63,813 nt of DNA, filler included, from Cercozoa sp. M6MM (GCA_040357565.1; 12 parts of 12 records of this genome joined end to end with filler, not necessarily neighbours in it), one strand, 5' to 3'; shown: positions 26,208 through 39,775, counted from the whole stretch's first letter. Program-made: numbers and translations. Notes: a model not told the origin generated them from the letters alone.

Positions 26208-28115
26208 NNNNNNNNNNNNNNNNNNNNNNNNNNNNNNNNNNNNNNNNNNNNTTAATTAATTAANNNNNNNNNNNNNNNNNNNNNNNNNNNNNNNNNNNNN
26301 NNNNNNNCTGGATGCAAGTATACTGAAACAACAACAGAGGAGCGACACAGCACTCTTATACCGCAAATTCAAAGACCTCTGCGAGCAGAGGAAACGACTC
26401 CTGTTGCCAAGTCACTTCAGGCACCTCGAGTGCCAGCGCTTCCTTGACGAGGTCCTTTGTACAATCATGTCCCGCCATTCCGCAAAAACAAAAGAAATCG
26501 CTGTACCACACTAATTTCTTGGCCTGCCTCGTCGTCTGACATGATTTCACCCACTCTCCCCCCAGGGAGTCAAAGTACGACCAAAAGCTGTCGAATGATA
26601 AAACCGATCTTGATACCTGCATCCTTAAATTATGACTACTTTTGTAAAGTAGCTTTGATAGCTACATTCGGTAGTGCGGATCTGTGTGCTTACCGATTAG
26701 TTGGGTTAGACGTACGTATGGAGTCCTTTCTGCCCCCTGGTGTCGATATGGCGCTTGCCGATGGTGGCTCTGACAGTGAGGTACATATGTATACTGTGTT
26801 GAACTAGTATTTCACTGTTGTTGCGTCTCAGTTGGGTTCAGATTCCGAACTGGTCGAAAGATCTGCTCTGCCTCAAGTGAGCGTCCGCGCGGAAGACTTG
26901 AGTATTGGGGATTTGCAACGCAAGCTGGTAGAACGCGCGGCGCACAGCGAGTTCCTCGACGCTTCGACGCAGAAAGTCGTTCCTTTGAGCGTATTTTCGC
27001 TTTAGCACTTGAAAGCTTTTGGTTTGCAAATTGGAAAGCTTTGTTTTAAACTTAAAGCTTCGATTTAAAAAATATAATGCTAAATTTAAAAACTATGATT
27101 TAAATTGATAGCTTTAATTTGAAAAATGATCGCTGTTTTCTGGAGATGATAGTTGTTTGTTCTTCCAGGATTCGTGGCCAGTGCTGCGACACGCACTGCG
27201 AGCAGCTTTGCTTCAGCGATTGCATCAGTTTGTGCAGCAAGAGCTCGCTACAACTGGTAGGGGAGCTTCTTTCTTTCTTCTTTTTCTTACCTTCTTTGAT
27301 GTCTTGTTAGATGGCTTGCTGGCCTTAACGGCGACAGAATTTGCGACAAGATTTGGACGAACTTTGGCGGCACTTGATGGTAGCATAGCAACTTTAACCC
27401 CAGTACTCTGTTGTTTTGATATCCTTGCTTTACAGCGCAAGAGAGAGCACCACTCCGCGTCTCTGTTCGAAGGTTGGCCGAACTGGCGACCACGGATCAT
27501 GTTCAGTACACTGGTACTACGCTTTTGAAAAGAAGTTGATCGGGCAAGTTTGATCTCATTGTGCTCGCAGTTTCGGATAAGTTTTGGCGTGCCGTTCGAT
27601 GCTGTCTAGTTGTTGGTAGCCTTCTGTCTCATCCGTTTTGTGAAACAAGCTGTCTATTTTGTTTCTATAGACACGCACATGGAGTCTGTCTTGGATCGAG
27701 CGGCCGAACAAGGCGCACCAGCTGAGGTATCATGCCCAGAGCAGTTAAGATGCCTGGAGGGGGATGCACGGAGTGTATAATGAGCAGGTCGACATCAGCT
27801 TGTTGCCTCGCGACGAAACCTCTGCTCTGCATATCGTGGACGCGACCGAAGCGTCGGGGGCCATGCAAGACGACTATGACTGATCTGCCGGCGCCGGGGG
27901 TTACGCCGCGTTAGCTAGTTAGGGGAACCCACCCCTTTCGGGCGGCCCAATTTTTGAGCCGAAAACCTTGATCCAAAAAATAGATTTTGTTTGGTCAGCA
28001 CAACTAAGATAGCAGGTTTTATTTGTAGAGGCATTGTGCCTAAGTTACTGTGAGTTGCGGAGCGTTAAAATAAGCGCGATCGGCCTGGTGTGCGTTAAAA
28101 ATATCTTGATTCTTC

Positions 28116-29170
28116 ATGAGTGGCAAGCCAGAAGCGATCAAAACGCCTGAAGAGGCACTGGAGGTGCTGTATTCTGCGCGTGCGGCAACGCAATTATCGA
28201 AACTCAGCACCAAAACCCTGCTGACTGCGATACAGGTAAAATAACAAGTAACAGCACCAAGAAACAAGAAATATATACTATGTGCATGCAGTCGCTCGTC
28301 ACGCGCCGCAGATGACGTGCCAGAGTGCCGACACTGCAAGCAACGCCTCCAACTGGCAGTGCGCAAACGCCATGGTGAGGAGGTCCTGGTCTGGTGTTGC
28401 CTAAAAAAGGCAGGCAACAACAATCGCACGCCCAAGTGCAAGAAAGAGGCGGTGCGACTCTCGACCACCAATGACGACGGCTTTCACACCGTGCTGTCTC
28501 ACGGCAACGGCTCGATGAAGAATCAGTTGTTGGCGATACACGAGTTGCTGTGTAAGCGAGCAACGATCGAGTCCATGGCCGACACGGCGAATCAGGAGCA
28601 CCGGTGGGCACAGTCACTGCGACGTCGTGTTTTCTGCTCACACGCAGGCAGTGAGAGACTGCGCCAGAGCCGGTACAAGCTCGGTGAGCGTGTCTGCGGC
28701 ACGGACGACGAGGAGGAGATCAAGAAACTGTGGACATCGAAGGCCAAGGAGCTCGGGTTTGACGACTTTTTGGGCTTTGTCACCGAGATCGATGAGGTAG
28801 GTTATTTTATCTGTTGTATGGTGTAAGCTCGAAACAAAGTACCTGGGTTGTTCAGTTCTGTCTTGGCAAGAACAAGCTGTCTCGCAACCCCCATTGTCGG
28901 CCACAACGAGATACCAGAGTGTGGGTATTCTCGATGACGTTGTCCGCTCGCTTCTTTGAAAAGGTATTCTAGACTAACTGCGCTCTGTCACACACAAGTG
29001 AGTGTTAATTATGCAGGACAACAACACCGAGACGCGACGAGTACTTGAGTATCGGTACCAAGTGTCGCTGCGCCGAGACGCAGCAACATTTATTCCGATC
29101 GTCAAGAAAAACGTGTTGATAAGGCCTGGTTCCTCGCTTTTTCAAACACAAACGTACTTTTATACGTAGT

Positions 29171-29172
<2 letters not shown>
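28116..29172 (+). mobile_element. Merlin/IS1595 (ISXO2-like) DDE transposase gene with spliceosomal introns, 3'-truncated
   Basis: Zn-ribbon-like CRHC...WCC...KC; spliced TEIDE|FCLGKNKLSR...VWVFSM...|...RRDAATFIPIVKKNVLIRPGS...FIRSD matches the Merlin pattern EIDE..K.K..R..WVF..RDA.TL.PII..V.PGS.I.SD. The first exon junction was not resolved in frame. Confidence 0.75.
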
Positions 29173-29212
<40 letters not shown>

Positions 29213-29988
29213 NNNNNNNNNNNNNNNNNNNNNNNNNNNNNNNNNNNNNNNNNNNNTTAATTAATTAANNNNNNNNNNNNNNNNNNNNNNNNNNNNNNNN
29301 NNNNNNNNNNNNATGAAAGTGTAGACCTTGAGTGTGACGCAAGTGATCACAAGTGATCGGGTCACATTGCCTCAGTGACCCGCAGCGACAGGTTCGCCGA
29401 GTGTGCCACCATTTCGGCAAAAACTCGTGTTTCTCCGATTTTCTCCTTCCCTGGTGCATCTCAAGGGCTGCTGGCGCGTTTGTGTACTTATTTCTCGTTC
29501 CGCGTGACATAAGGTAATCACTCGCTCTAAAGTGCACTGCACTTCAATCTGGGCACTCAAAGTTCCCCCCAGCGGGTGGTCACAAGTTTCGAACGATTTT
29601 GAGAACTGGCGGCCGAACTAAGGTCTGCAAGGAACCCTGAGGACTGCAATTAGGTGTTCTACATGGCGCGTGAAAGTCTCAGGTCGTAAGAACTCTGTCT
29701 CGCAGACTGGCCATGATATTTGTTCGCAAAAGATGTTTTGTCTTTTTGCACAAGGAAACAACGAAAACACGCAAAATCAAAACACGAATTTGAAACACAC
29801 GGTTATTGAGGGTAGCGATAGCAACTGACACGTGCACGTGTTTCTGTGTGAATGCTATAATGCACTAAACCTCTAGTATGCAGAGCTATAGTCTCTTTTT
29901 ATTTTTTTTTTCTTTGTACGCTGTATTTTCTCCGTCAAGAAACGTTGCCGTGTCGCTCAATGACGCTGGTGCCGGCCCTTCGCATCGC

Positions 29989-32922
29989 TCACCGACGTTT
30001 CACGGGTTTCCTTCCCTTCTTCTTTGCGTTCCTGGCCAAAGCTGCCTGTCGCTCTTCGTCGATTCGAGTCTTCTCACGTTGTGCAAGGGCTGAAAGGAAA
30101 GCTGAAGTGTCCCAACTGAAGGAAAACCCGTATAAAAATCTGCACCAAAGAAAAGGCACCAAAAAGGAAGTCGAAACAAGATTTCGAAATGTTCACATCG
30201 GCAAACGCTCGTTGAAGTCGTTCGGTCGGTGTCGAGTCACTGGCCTTCTTATCAAACAGTGTGAGTGCGACTTCTTGCGAGAGAGCACCGTCTTGGTGAT
30301 CAGACTCAAGGTCAAACCAATCTTTTTGAAAGAGGTAACGGTGTTGCCGACTGAACAGGAGTGCACGAGCGGCAAGAAGCAAGAATTTCTCGAACTCAAT
30401 TTCTTCGGGCTTACATAGAGTCAGTGTTTGAAGCAAAAACTGAACTGGTTTTGGTTTTGTTCTTGTCTCGACGATCTCGATTGTTTGACTGTGATTCTCG
30501 AGCTCCGATTCGTGTTTGATGTGCATGGGCTCATCGTGCTGTGATGCACTCGAGCTTCCTTCAACCGTTTCTGGGAGGCTACGAGTGTCTTCAGCAGCTG
30601 GGTCTTGTGAATCTTCTTCCTTGATTTTTTGGATCCGTTGGTCTTGGTGTCTGCGGTGCAGAGGTAGTGCTTGCTCCGATTTGGCGCTCCGCTTTGAAGT
30701 CTTCGGCACTGTAGATGCGAAAACAACGCAATTTTGCAACTTGAAGCCATAGTTGCGATGCTTCCTCGCTTTTTGACGCTTCTTTGCTCGCAGCAAGAAG
30801 GTCTTCGGAATGACCAATTTCTGCTTGAAGATCGTACAGCGGATTCAGACCGTCTTCTTTTGTAGCAACGAGATCCGCATCAGTCTCGTCATTTTTCTCA
30901 CTCTTCGTTTCGGTTTCGTCTTTGTCGTTCTGCGATTTCGGTAACACGAGTGAAAGTAGCCGCTCCAACTTCATTTCTCGCGTGACATTGGTTGCAACAG
31001 TTGCAGGTTTGAGGGTGGCGTCTCGAGCAACCGAACATAGCAAGTCGATCAGTTGGTACTCGCGAACGGGCAGTCCTTCGACCTCGCTAGTTTTCGCAGC
31101 CAACAATCGCCGGGCGCTGCTGAAGTAAGCTGGGTTAGCAGCAAAGCGAACTCGGTTGGCCTAAGCGAGAGAATCCAGTGTGTGCTAGGTGCATAACGAT
31201 CTGTCATCTGTGCAATGTATGTACCTCGCCTTCCCAAAGAAGGTGCATAACAATCGATGAATCTGCGATCGAGAAGTCGAGTTCAAACTTCGCTTTGCTT
31301 GAACTGCGCGAGCGAGGCGATTTCTGAGACATAGTCCGACTGGTGCTTTGACTCGCCTCTTGCTCTTGGCCTTCTTCAGTGGCTTCCGTGTCGCGCAACT
31401 GGGCGGCATCGCCTTCGTTGGGCGTATCACTTGTTGCTTCTTCTTCATTGGTGTCTTGCTGTGAAAATGGAGTGCCGCAAAGTCCCTTTTCCCAGAGGAA
31501 AGTTCGCACAAGATCCGCTTCAACGAAGATTTGGTTGTTCGCCAGCGCGTGCCACATCTGTTTGAGCTCTCTGCGGTGCTTGAGAAGAACGCGTTGAATT
31601 CCAGCAGTGTCCAGCGCAGAAGGAAAGGGGAAGAACTGTTGTCTGTGCCTTTGGAGTGCTTTGGTAGGTAGTGCAATCTTCGACTTTCGTTTCTCTGTCG
31701 TTTTTAAGACGGAACGTCGAACTTCAGCCTTGCCCTTCTTCCTCTTCTTCTTCGAGTTGGGTGTCGACGTAGACGAGCGAGAAGGAGAATCGGACTTCAC
31801 ACTTTCAGTTCCAACGCTAGTTATAGCCGAGTCAATGACAGGTTTAAGTTCTCCGTCGACTGCATCTATCTCAAGCCGACGTCCGTTTGCACACACTTTG
31901 ATGAAGGAGCCTGTTTTGATCCCGCTGACCCAGGTTCCCAAGTACCGCTCAGTCGCTGCTTCGAGCAACCCCGTGCCGTTCATATTGTTTTCGGAAAAAC
32001 CACCAGTGTAGACGTTGTCTCCCCATTCGAGCGTGCCGAAGCTACATGCAAAAGCAGCTTTCCCAGTACTAGTACTGTACATGCAACCTGGTTCCTTAAT
32101 AAAAAGACAATTACCCTTGCTTCTGTCCTTCGATGAAGTCGCCTCTGTATGTTTGACCGCCAAGCTTCAAAACGCCCTTTCCATGAAAGAAACCTTTTTC
32201 GAATTCTCCTTCGTAATGCATGCCTTTCGTGTGCCTGAGAAAATTGGCCATTGCGCCGACTTGAGTTGGTACCGACGAAAGCTAAAAACTCACATTTTTC
32301 CTTCACCATGCGGCATTCCATTCAAGATACTTCCTTCGTATTGCACAGCATCGCCGGAAGGCGACACCACCGAGAGAACTCCTTGCTCGAAAGGAAGCCC
32401 GTCCTTCACTTTGCCGCGATAGCCACTCTTGTCGCTGGAATGGTTCACTCACATAAATCCAACTCCCTGTGCCAATGAAAAGAACTAGAAAACTACCGTA
32501 CTGTACCTGAAAGTAAACTCTCCCTCGCCACAAGGAAACCCTTGTTCAACGGAGCCGATATACACAGATCCGTCCTTGTATTCAAACGTGCCCTCGCCCG
32601 TCAGTTCGTACTTGACTTCGACAGCTTTCGCTTCTTCCTCTTCGCCACCAGAGGGCGCACCAGTATCGTTTCCTTGGGAAACCTCGGGCATTGCATTTCC
32701 TTCGGTCACTTCGATATCAGCCGCGATGGTCTGTCGTTGCACTGCCTCTCCGACGTAAGTGAAATTTGGTCCGGTGTATTCGACCTTTTCTCCGAGTTCT
32801 GCAGGCTTCACGTCGCTTCCTGCAAGTTCACCGCTATGTTCCTGAGGCGCTTTCATGTGATGTCTGGCAGCTTGCTTGCCTTGGGAGTTCAAGCTGTAAG
32901 GAAGCTTTGGTTGTTGCTGCAC
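29989..32922 (-). CDS. MORN-repeat protein with a long helical C-terminus (RSPH10B/radial-spoke-like)
   Basis: GEGTFEYKDGSVYIGSVEQGFPCGEGEFTF|SDKSGYRGKVKDG, YEGSILNGMPHGEG, VYTGGFSENNMNGTG, RYLGTWVSGIKTG; ends ...NAKKKGRKPVKRR-stop. RSPH10B assignment is by architecture only. Confidence 0.75.
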
Positions 32923-33137
32923 TGATGCAGATAAAACGAGAGATACGGATTGACTTTTTGTATCTATCCTTTCCGCCTGTACAAAGAAAACTGCTACGGG
33001 AAGGCCCGGGTGCGCTGCGCTGATAGTACGTACACGTAGCTAGGTTGAACCAGAACCGAACATGCCGTACCGTACGGTATTGTAGTACCAAACTTGAGCG
33101 AGCGGGTCTCTGGTCGGAAGGGTAGAGTTATGTTAGT

Positions 33138-34430
33138 TTAGTCTATGTGAGCGTGCGGGCGGTGCCGCAGACGCTGGTGCCGCGTCTGTTGCAAGGACTG
33201 CGCAGGTGGCGGCATGTAGACCAACTGTGGCAGATGTCGCTGCTGTCGCTCGTAGCTGCGTCGCGCTTCCGCAACGAACTCGGGCTCCCGATTGCTCGTT
33301 CTGTTAAACGAGTGGTTTAACAGATAATATAAAGAAGAAGTAACGAAGTACCTTCCAAGACAGTGGTTGACGCAACTGATCGAAATGAGCACGCAAAGCA
33401 ACGCTGCCACCTAAAGCACAGAAAAATATTTGATTATATACGTAGAAGCTGAAGCTGAGTACCAGAGCAGCAAAATTGATAAAGCCAAGCTCTTCGAGGA
33501 ACGCTTTCGCGGCAGAAGCAGCTTCACGACTGAACACAGCGGCACGCACGGGTTGCTGTGTCGGATCGATTGACATGCACCTGAGATACACACAAAACAC
33601 ATGCGTGATGAAACGAAACTTTGGCAGACATGGCATAAGTGTCAGCTCACTCTTCGAGTGTTCTGCAGTGCTCTTCAACAGCCGGGACACTGCACGAATC
33701 ACTGAGTAGTTTTCCATGCAGTAAGACTAAGTCAAGTACCGCAAGGTGGCACAATGATTGGCTTCGAAATCGCGGTGGCATTGTTGCACTCTCCTTAACT
33801 CCCTCGCCTGTGCATCATCATCCGTTTAGAGACAAGGAAAGCAACTGTTTTTAATAAAAACGCATTACGTGAGCACTCTTGAGACGAACGTCGACATCGT
33901 GCCACACAGCCACGGCGAGAAAGACAACGGCCAGCAGCAGACATAGCAACAGAAGGATGCACAGAAAGTTCTGCAGTCGCGCACGCCAGATGTGCGGGGC
34001 TGCCCACCTGTAAAGCAACAAAAGCGACACAATATTATAGAAAAGAAAAAAAAGATCAACGTATTACAAAAGAAAAAGTACTGTGACATTAACTGGCGCC
34101 TGAATTCCTCCGTTTGAGCGAATTCGGCAGCAATTCTTTGCAAAAAATGAACGTGGCAGAATTAACTCAACTTCTCAGAAGCACAGGTACTTTGCATCGT
34201 TGTTCCAGACCACTTTGTTGTTTTTCCCGCCTTGAGAAGCTGCCAAAAACGAAAATTCGGCATCAAACGAATTGAATCAGACACAAAAGATACTGTCGAA
34301 ATAAGCGTCTTCGTCAAACGGGTTCGTCACATTGCCGCCTGCACTCATGTCTACACAAAGAATGTGACCAAAGCTTTGCAAAAAGGCAAATAAAGACACC
34401 AATCTCGTCGTCACTGCCGTCGTGCATGCC
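33138..34430 (-). CDS. Hypothetical multi-exon protein with a C-terminal transmembrane segment
   Basis: Exons GGNVTNPFDEDAYFDSIF, IAAEFAQTEEFRRQLMSQ, FLEELGFINFAAL|VAALLCVLISISCV, and last exon ending HRPHAHID-stop; start uncertain. Confidence 0.5.
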
Positions 34431-34722
34431 GAAAAAGCTGTCGCCCATCTGGCTTTTCGTGGTTTGGGACACGTCGAAAAGTGAGATTGTTCGGCTCCGT
34501 CTAAATTACCTCTCACTCAACGATGCGGACACTCTATGCAACCCGCAATCCCATACACACACTGTTGCGGCTCCTAGTGGCAGCGGCAAGCGCTGAATGC
34601 AAAAATTAAGCAAAATCGGCGCTCTTTCACGTTTTAGGTTGCCTGGTGCTACTGTTTGGTAGCAGGCTAGAAAGGTTAGAACAACCAGCTGCTAGTACCA
34701 AGTTCTAGTAAATGAGACAAAT

Positions 34723-36244
34723 TTAGCAAACGAGAGCCGACAGCGAGTTGGTCAGCTTGTCGACAATGGCGTGCTGCAGCATGTCTTGACTCGCCTGCAC
34801 ACACGCATCCATCGCAGACACTAAGCAGAGCTGAAGGTAGGGGTGGTACAAGAAGGTGCGTGCGCGGGTTGACGCTGCCGACGCGTGTGGTCGCAAGCGC
34901 TGTCTTCTTGTTGGACGACTTCTTGTCGCTCTTGTCCTGGAGCCGCGGGGCGTTCTGTCAAGCCATGGGATGTAAAGAAACACAGAATGTCCATGTTGAA
35001 GTACCTTCGCTTCCTTCGTCTCTTCGTGCAGCCATTCGGCCAGTCGTTCAGCGTGCTGAAATAAAGAAATAACTTTAAGTTGCGACAGAGACAAAAGAGA
35101 AAACACCTGTGCAATTGATGCAACTGCTTCGACGTTGTCATTTCTGTCAACAACACATTTTGAAGGAATATGACAAGACAACAAACTGCCTTGCATAAAA
35201 ATGAGTACCTTCTGCGCATGTGATTCTGCGGCGCCAGTGCCGAGGACCACTGCGGCGCATGCAGTTTCATGAGCATCTTGGTCTCAGCGTCGCCCTTGCG
35301 GAAACCCACGCTGAGTGAGTAGTAAGCACGGTTCAAGCCATGCACGAGTGCCTGCAGCGACGGCTTCTGCAGGTGGCCCAGGTTACTCGTCGTCTGTCGC
35401 GGTTCCGAACTGAGTTGCACGGGTACACAGGGTGCTTTTAAAACACACAAAACTGCAATACCGAGTCATCATGACTTGTTGCGGAATCAGACGGAAAGCG
35501 TCAATGACGACATTGCCCTGACACATACGCACAGATCACGTACCCACTCAGCCCCTGTGAATCGGGTCTACCTTGACTGACTGCACGGGATCGACGACAA
35601 CGGCCACCGCGCGCTTATGCAGCGACTCGAAACTACAGCCCAAACAGTTTGAAGTACACATTGAACAGAAATTGAGACGTTTACTTTTGTTGCGTGTTCA
35701 TATCGACGTTCGACAGCCAGCAGCCCCAACCAGGATGCGAGTGGTACCTAAATCACAATGGAATAGCAACACAGCTAGCCCAAGAGACAAACAACTCACC
35801 AGCCAACAACACCGTCCGATCTGTTGGCTACAAAAAACAGAGTCAGTCAGACCAAAACGAAGAAGCAACCTAAGAATAAATACTGGCAGCGAGCTTCTCC
35901 ATAAACTCTTGCTGGAAGACCTCGTCGACGGACTCGACTGACACATTCGTTCCCGACAAAGGCATGGAGAAGGAGTCCACAACCTTGATCGTGTAGGGAT
36001 CGACAAACTTGCCGAGCATAAGGCCTATACAGGCAGTATCTCGAACTCAAAAAGGACGCTATGCTGTTATTTTGAAGCTATTACCCATAACCTCCATGGG
36101 CACCCCAGAGTTGGCGTGCGACAACATTTTCAGCAGCGCCTATATTCAAGCTGTTGACCTGAGACAGGAAAGAAACAGAAATCCTACCAAGGCAGAAATC
36201 TGGACGCCCTCGGCGTCATCATTCGTGTGAGCGGTCTTTGACAT
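34723..36244 (-). CDS. RPN11: 26S proteasome JAMM deubiquitinase RPN11/PSMD14 (about 10 exons)
   Basis: [45 protein letters not shown] (intact JAMM), [54 protein letters not shown]. Confidence 0.93.
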
Positions 36245-36595
36245 GCTCAGAAACCTTCCTCCAGATGTTCCCTCGAGGTTGCAAAATGTTCTTGCAAAAA
36301 CAGCTCTAGCCTCCAGGTTCAAGCCAGCAAATCTATAGAGCAAAGAACACGCCCTGAGCAGGTTGACACAACGTCCAGGTGCCAGTGTGCTTTTTAGGAG
36401 CTCTGGGCTCATTTGATCCGGAGATCGGGCTTCACTATTGAGCTAGGCCCATTTGAGCGACTGAGCTAAATAACTTATAAAGTGGAATTTTAGACTGTGC
36501 AGGCTTAAACGCTGGACTGAAACGAGAAACTCTTCAGTTCTATTTTCCGGTGGTCGGTGATCATCTTTGCAATTTCTGGTCTCCGTTCAGTAAGT

Positions 36596-37296
36596 CTAGC
36601 AGCTGATAGAGCTGGCGAGCCAGTCAAAGCCTTCACAAAGTCCGTCTCCCGTTAAAGCACACGACGCCTGGATGTGCCAGTTTCGGTTGCGCAGCGTGCT
36701 CAGCTCTGACCAAATAAACTTAATAAACTCCGAGTGTGGAAGAATGAATGTACCAAGACGCTCTGTAATTTCCTTGATTGAGAGTGCCTTCGACTGGTCC
36801 TGCTTGTTAGCAAACACCAACAGCGGGACACCTTCGAGGTCATCGGCCGAGAGCAGCGAGCGCACTGTACACGAAAACTATTAATAGATAAAAAGACAGG
36901 GAGTTAAAAGATCAAAGAGTAAACATTTATCAGCAGCGCTTTGCTCGCGGTTGCTGTTTTGGTCCAAGAGCTCGCCATTGGTCGAATCGACGACGAAAAT
37001 GATGGCATCCATTTGCTGGGAGGGACGGTGGTAGCCGCCGCCTATGTCCCACACCTTGAGGGGAAGATCACAGAGTGCGGCCGAGTCGAGATTCTCGACG
37101 CTGAATCCAATTGTCGGGGTTGATGAAACCACCTCGTTCAGTTTTATCTTGTAGAGTATCGTGGTCTTGCCGGCGCTGCGTGGACCCATCTAAACAGCAA
37201 CCAAGTCATCCAGTGGCGCGGTATTCACTGTTCGGATGACACCATTAAAACCTCGCGGTTCGGTTTTCCAAACGCTTTGCCGAGAAGATTGCCCAT
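36596..37296 (-). CDS. Arf/Arl-family small GTPase with an atypical G3/switch II
   Basis: MGNLL (myristoylation), [57 protein letters not shown]. Confidence 0.9.
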
Positions 37297-37693
37297 GGTG
37301 CTTCTCAAGTCCCTTGGAGCAGACACCAACGGCAGACCGCCAAACCGCCAGGGGAAGATGCTGTGAGCGCCGATCGACCGGTTATCAAGTAATCGACGCC
37401 AATGAGTATAACATGTGCAGTGTGAAGTACAGCACTGCACACACGAACAGCCAGCAACGGCAGACCGTGGGCACGCAGTCCGGCGAACATCATCACTCTT
37501 AATTAATCGTCAGCAAGCGATCATAAATCGCAATCTCTACGACGCGCTTATTTTGTGTGTTTGGTGCGCGTTCTTGTGTGCTTGAGCATAGACACCTCGA
37601 TCGGAACGCTATGACGCATGCTGGTACTCGGCATGTGACTGCCCGCCAGTTTCCAAGGCCGTTCAAGACGTGGTTTGTGTTCGTGCAGGCACC

Positions 37694-38700
37694 ATGCGTC
37701 AGCTGAAGGCGCTCCTATTAAAAAATGCGCGTCTCAAGCTGCGGAACTATGTGTCCACATGTACGGTCATCAGTATCTCACACGATCTCAGTATGATAAT
37801 TATCTTGTGTGATGGGGAGACAGTGGTGCAAATCATTCTGCCGATCGCGTTGATCGGAGGCTTGATGGCAATCCGCGCGGAAGTGGGAGTGACAACCCGA
37901 CCGGCTGACCCGTTGGCGAAGGAAATGCGACTGGTAGTCTATTATTTGGTGTTTGGTCGTTTTAGTTTGTGTTTAGGGGGGGAGAGGGGGGGTGGGGGGT
38001 GGGGGGGGGGGGGGGGGGGGGGGGGGGGGGNNNNNNNNNNNNNNNNNNNNNNNNNNNNNNNNNNNNNNNNNNNNNNNNNNNNNNNNNNNNNNNNNNNNNN
38101 NNNNNNNNNNNNNNNNNNNNNNNNNNNNNNTACTGATGTTTTTTTGCAGAGGCTATCGATGAATTCAAAGACCAAGCAAACGATCGCAATGTCTCCGAGC
38201 GACAGTGACTTTGTGCGGCAGTTGAAAGCGTCGTTGGAGGCTTCGATCAATGTCGGCAAGCCAGATTCGGACATTGACATTGTGCTCCTGGACAGTAGCG
38301 ATGACGTCGATGACTACGTTAAGGCCAACGACTACGGCGGTGAGGTTCGTTCCCTTTACCTCCTCCCCCTTTTCTCTTCCTCTATCCCCCTGTATCGTAG
38401 GAGAAACCGCCAATCGTTGCTGCGATCGCTTTCGATTTTTTGGATTTTGAAAACAACGATTTTCAGTACGCTTTGCGAATGAACTCGAGTCAGGTAAAAC
38501 CTACCTTTGGTCCACTCCCTAAGTCCTTACCCCCCTTTACCTGTCGCCTTAGTGGAAGGTAGCAGCGGTGCCACCGACCTTTATGCCGGCCGAGTTCACG
38601 CTGTCGGACAAGTACTCGCCGTTCGCATGGAAGCGTTTCTACCACGGCGGTTTCTTGCTGCTGCAGAGTTTCGTCGACGAAGCTTTGGCGGCCTACAGTG
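37694..38700 (+). CDS. ABCA-subfamily ABC transporter, N-terminal part
   Basis: MRQLKALLLKNARLKLRN...QIILPIALIGGL (ABCA N-terminal signature) and FYHGGFLLLQSFVDEAL. Confidence 0.85.
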
Positions 38701-39775
38701 TGTCTCGCACGGTTTTACCTCCTTTACCCCCCCCCNNNNNNNNNNNNNNNNNNNNNNNNNNNNNNNNNNNNNNNNNNNNTTAATTAATTAANNNNNNNNN
38801 NNNNNNNNNNNNNNNNNNNNNNNNNNNNNNNNNNNGGGGGGGTAAAGAGGGGGGTACGAATGTGCGCGTGTGTGACAGTGCACTACGCAGCGATGGCGGC
38901 GGCAACGCCGGTCAACATGAGCGGCGCGAGTCTCATGGCGCGGCACCTCTCAGAGCATGACGACGCCGATCAGCGGCCTTCCTGATGGTCACTGGCACCC
39001 GACGCTTGGCACCCGACCCTTGTACATACACATTGACACTCACACACACTGTCTGACACTGACGTGGCACACTCGACCCCCGTCGTCCAGAACTCAAGTG
39101 AGCCGCTTCCGTTTCTGTTTAATTCCGTCCGTCGATCGATGGGCGCACAATTTTGAAATTCCATCCACCAGAACTTGTCAGTCCTAGTCAAGTTAGTTGA
39201 GTCTTTCGTTAGGCCGTCTGTAAGAACGAGCTGAACTCGTGTCCTCGAAAACAGAGGCGAGCCCCCCTCGGGCCGGTGCACGGGAACTACTTAGTTGGTT
39301 GTATATAACTCGGCTATCTGAACAGATACGAGGACGGAGGACGGGAGACAGTTAGCGTAGAAAAGGAAACAATAAATTTATGTTGCAGAGGATTAAGGAC
39401 GAAGCAACATACCGAACCGATGTCAGAAGCGTCAAAGGCAGCCTTCGATTCGGGTGATGCTTAAGCCGACTACTGTACGATGCTCAACTATGTTGCTCAT
39501 CTCTGTGCGCTGGCTAGCGATTTTCCGAAACACTCGCAGACGGCAACCCATTTAATCTAAGATCCAGACGAACGATACTAAACTTGATTGCCCTAAAAGC
39601 TGGTGTGACTAGAGCTGGGCAAAAAAGTAGCAACTTACGCCACAATACCCAAACGGTCCGTCATGCTTACCGCATGTCATTATGATATCATCTCGTCCGC
39701 CGCGTGGACCAAAGTCCAACGCGATCACAGTGCGGTTGAATGAAATGCAATGCAAGTCAGCTACGCTAACCTGGT

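Noticed and set aside
26308-27540. Coding-like fragments on both strands
   Set aside because: Could not build a consistent spliced model or recognise a domain.
29313-29584. Possible LTR 3' end (...GGGTGGTCACA)
   Set aside because: The 5' end is lost at the contig edge; no TSD or PBS can be tested.
32440-32506. Stop-codon reassignment or non-canonical splicing suggested by fragmented ORFs
   Set aside because: Where traced (RPN11, Hsp70-vWA, PI4K, RSPH10B-like, TMEM234), apparent in-frame stops vanish with canonical GT-AG introns and the standard code.
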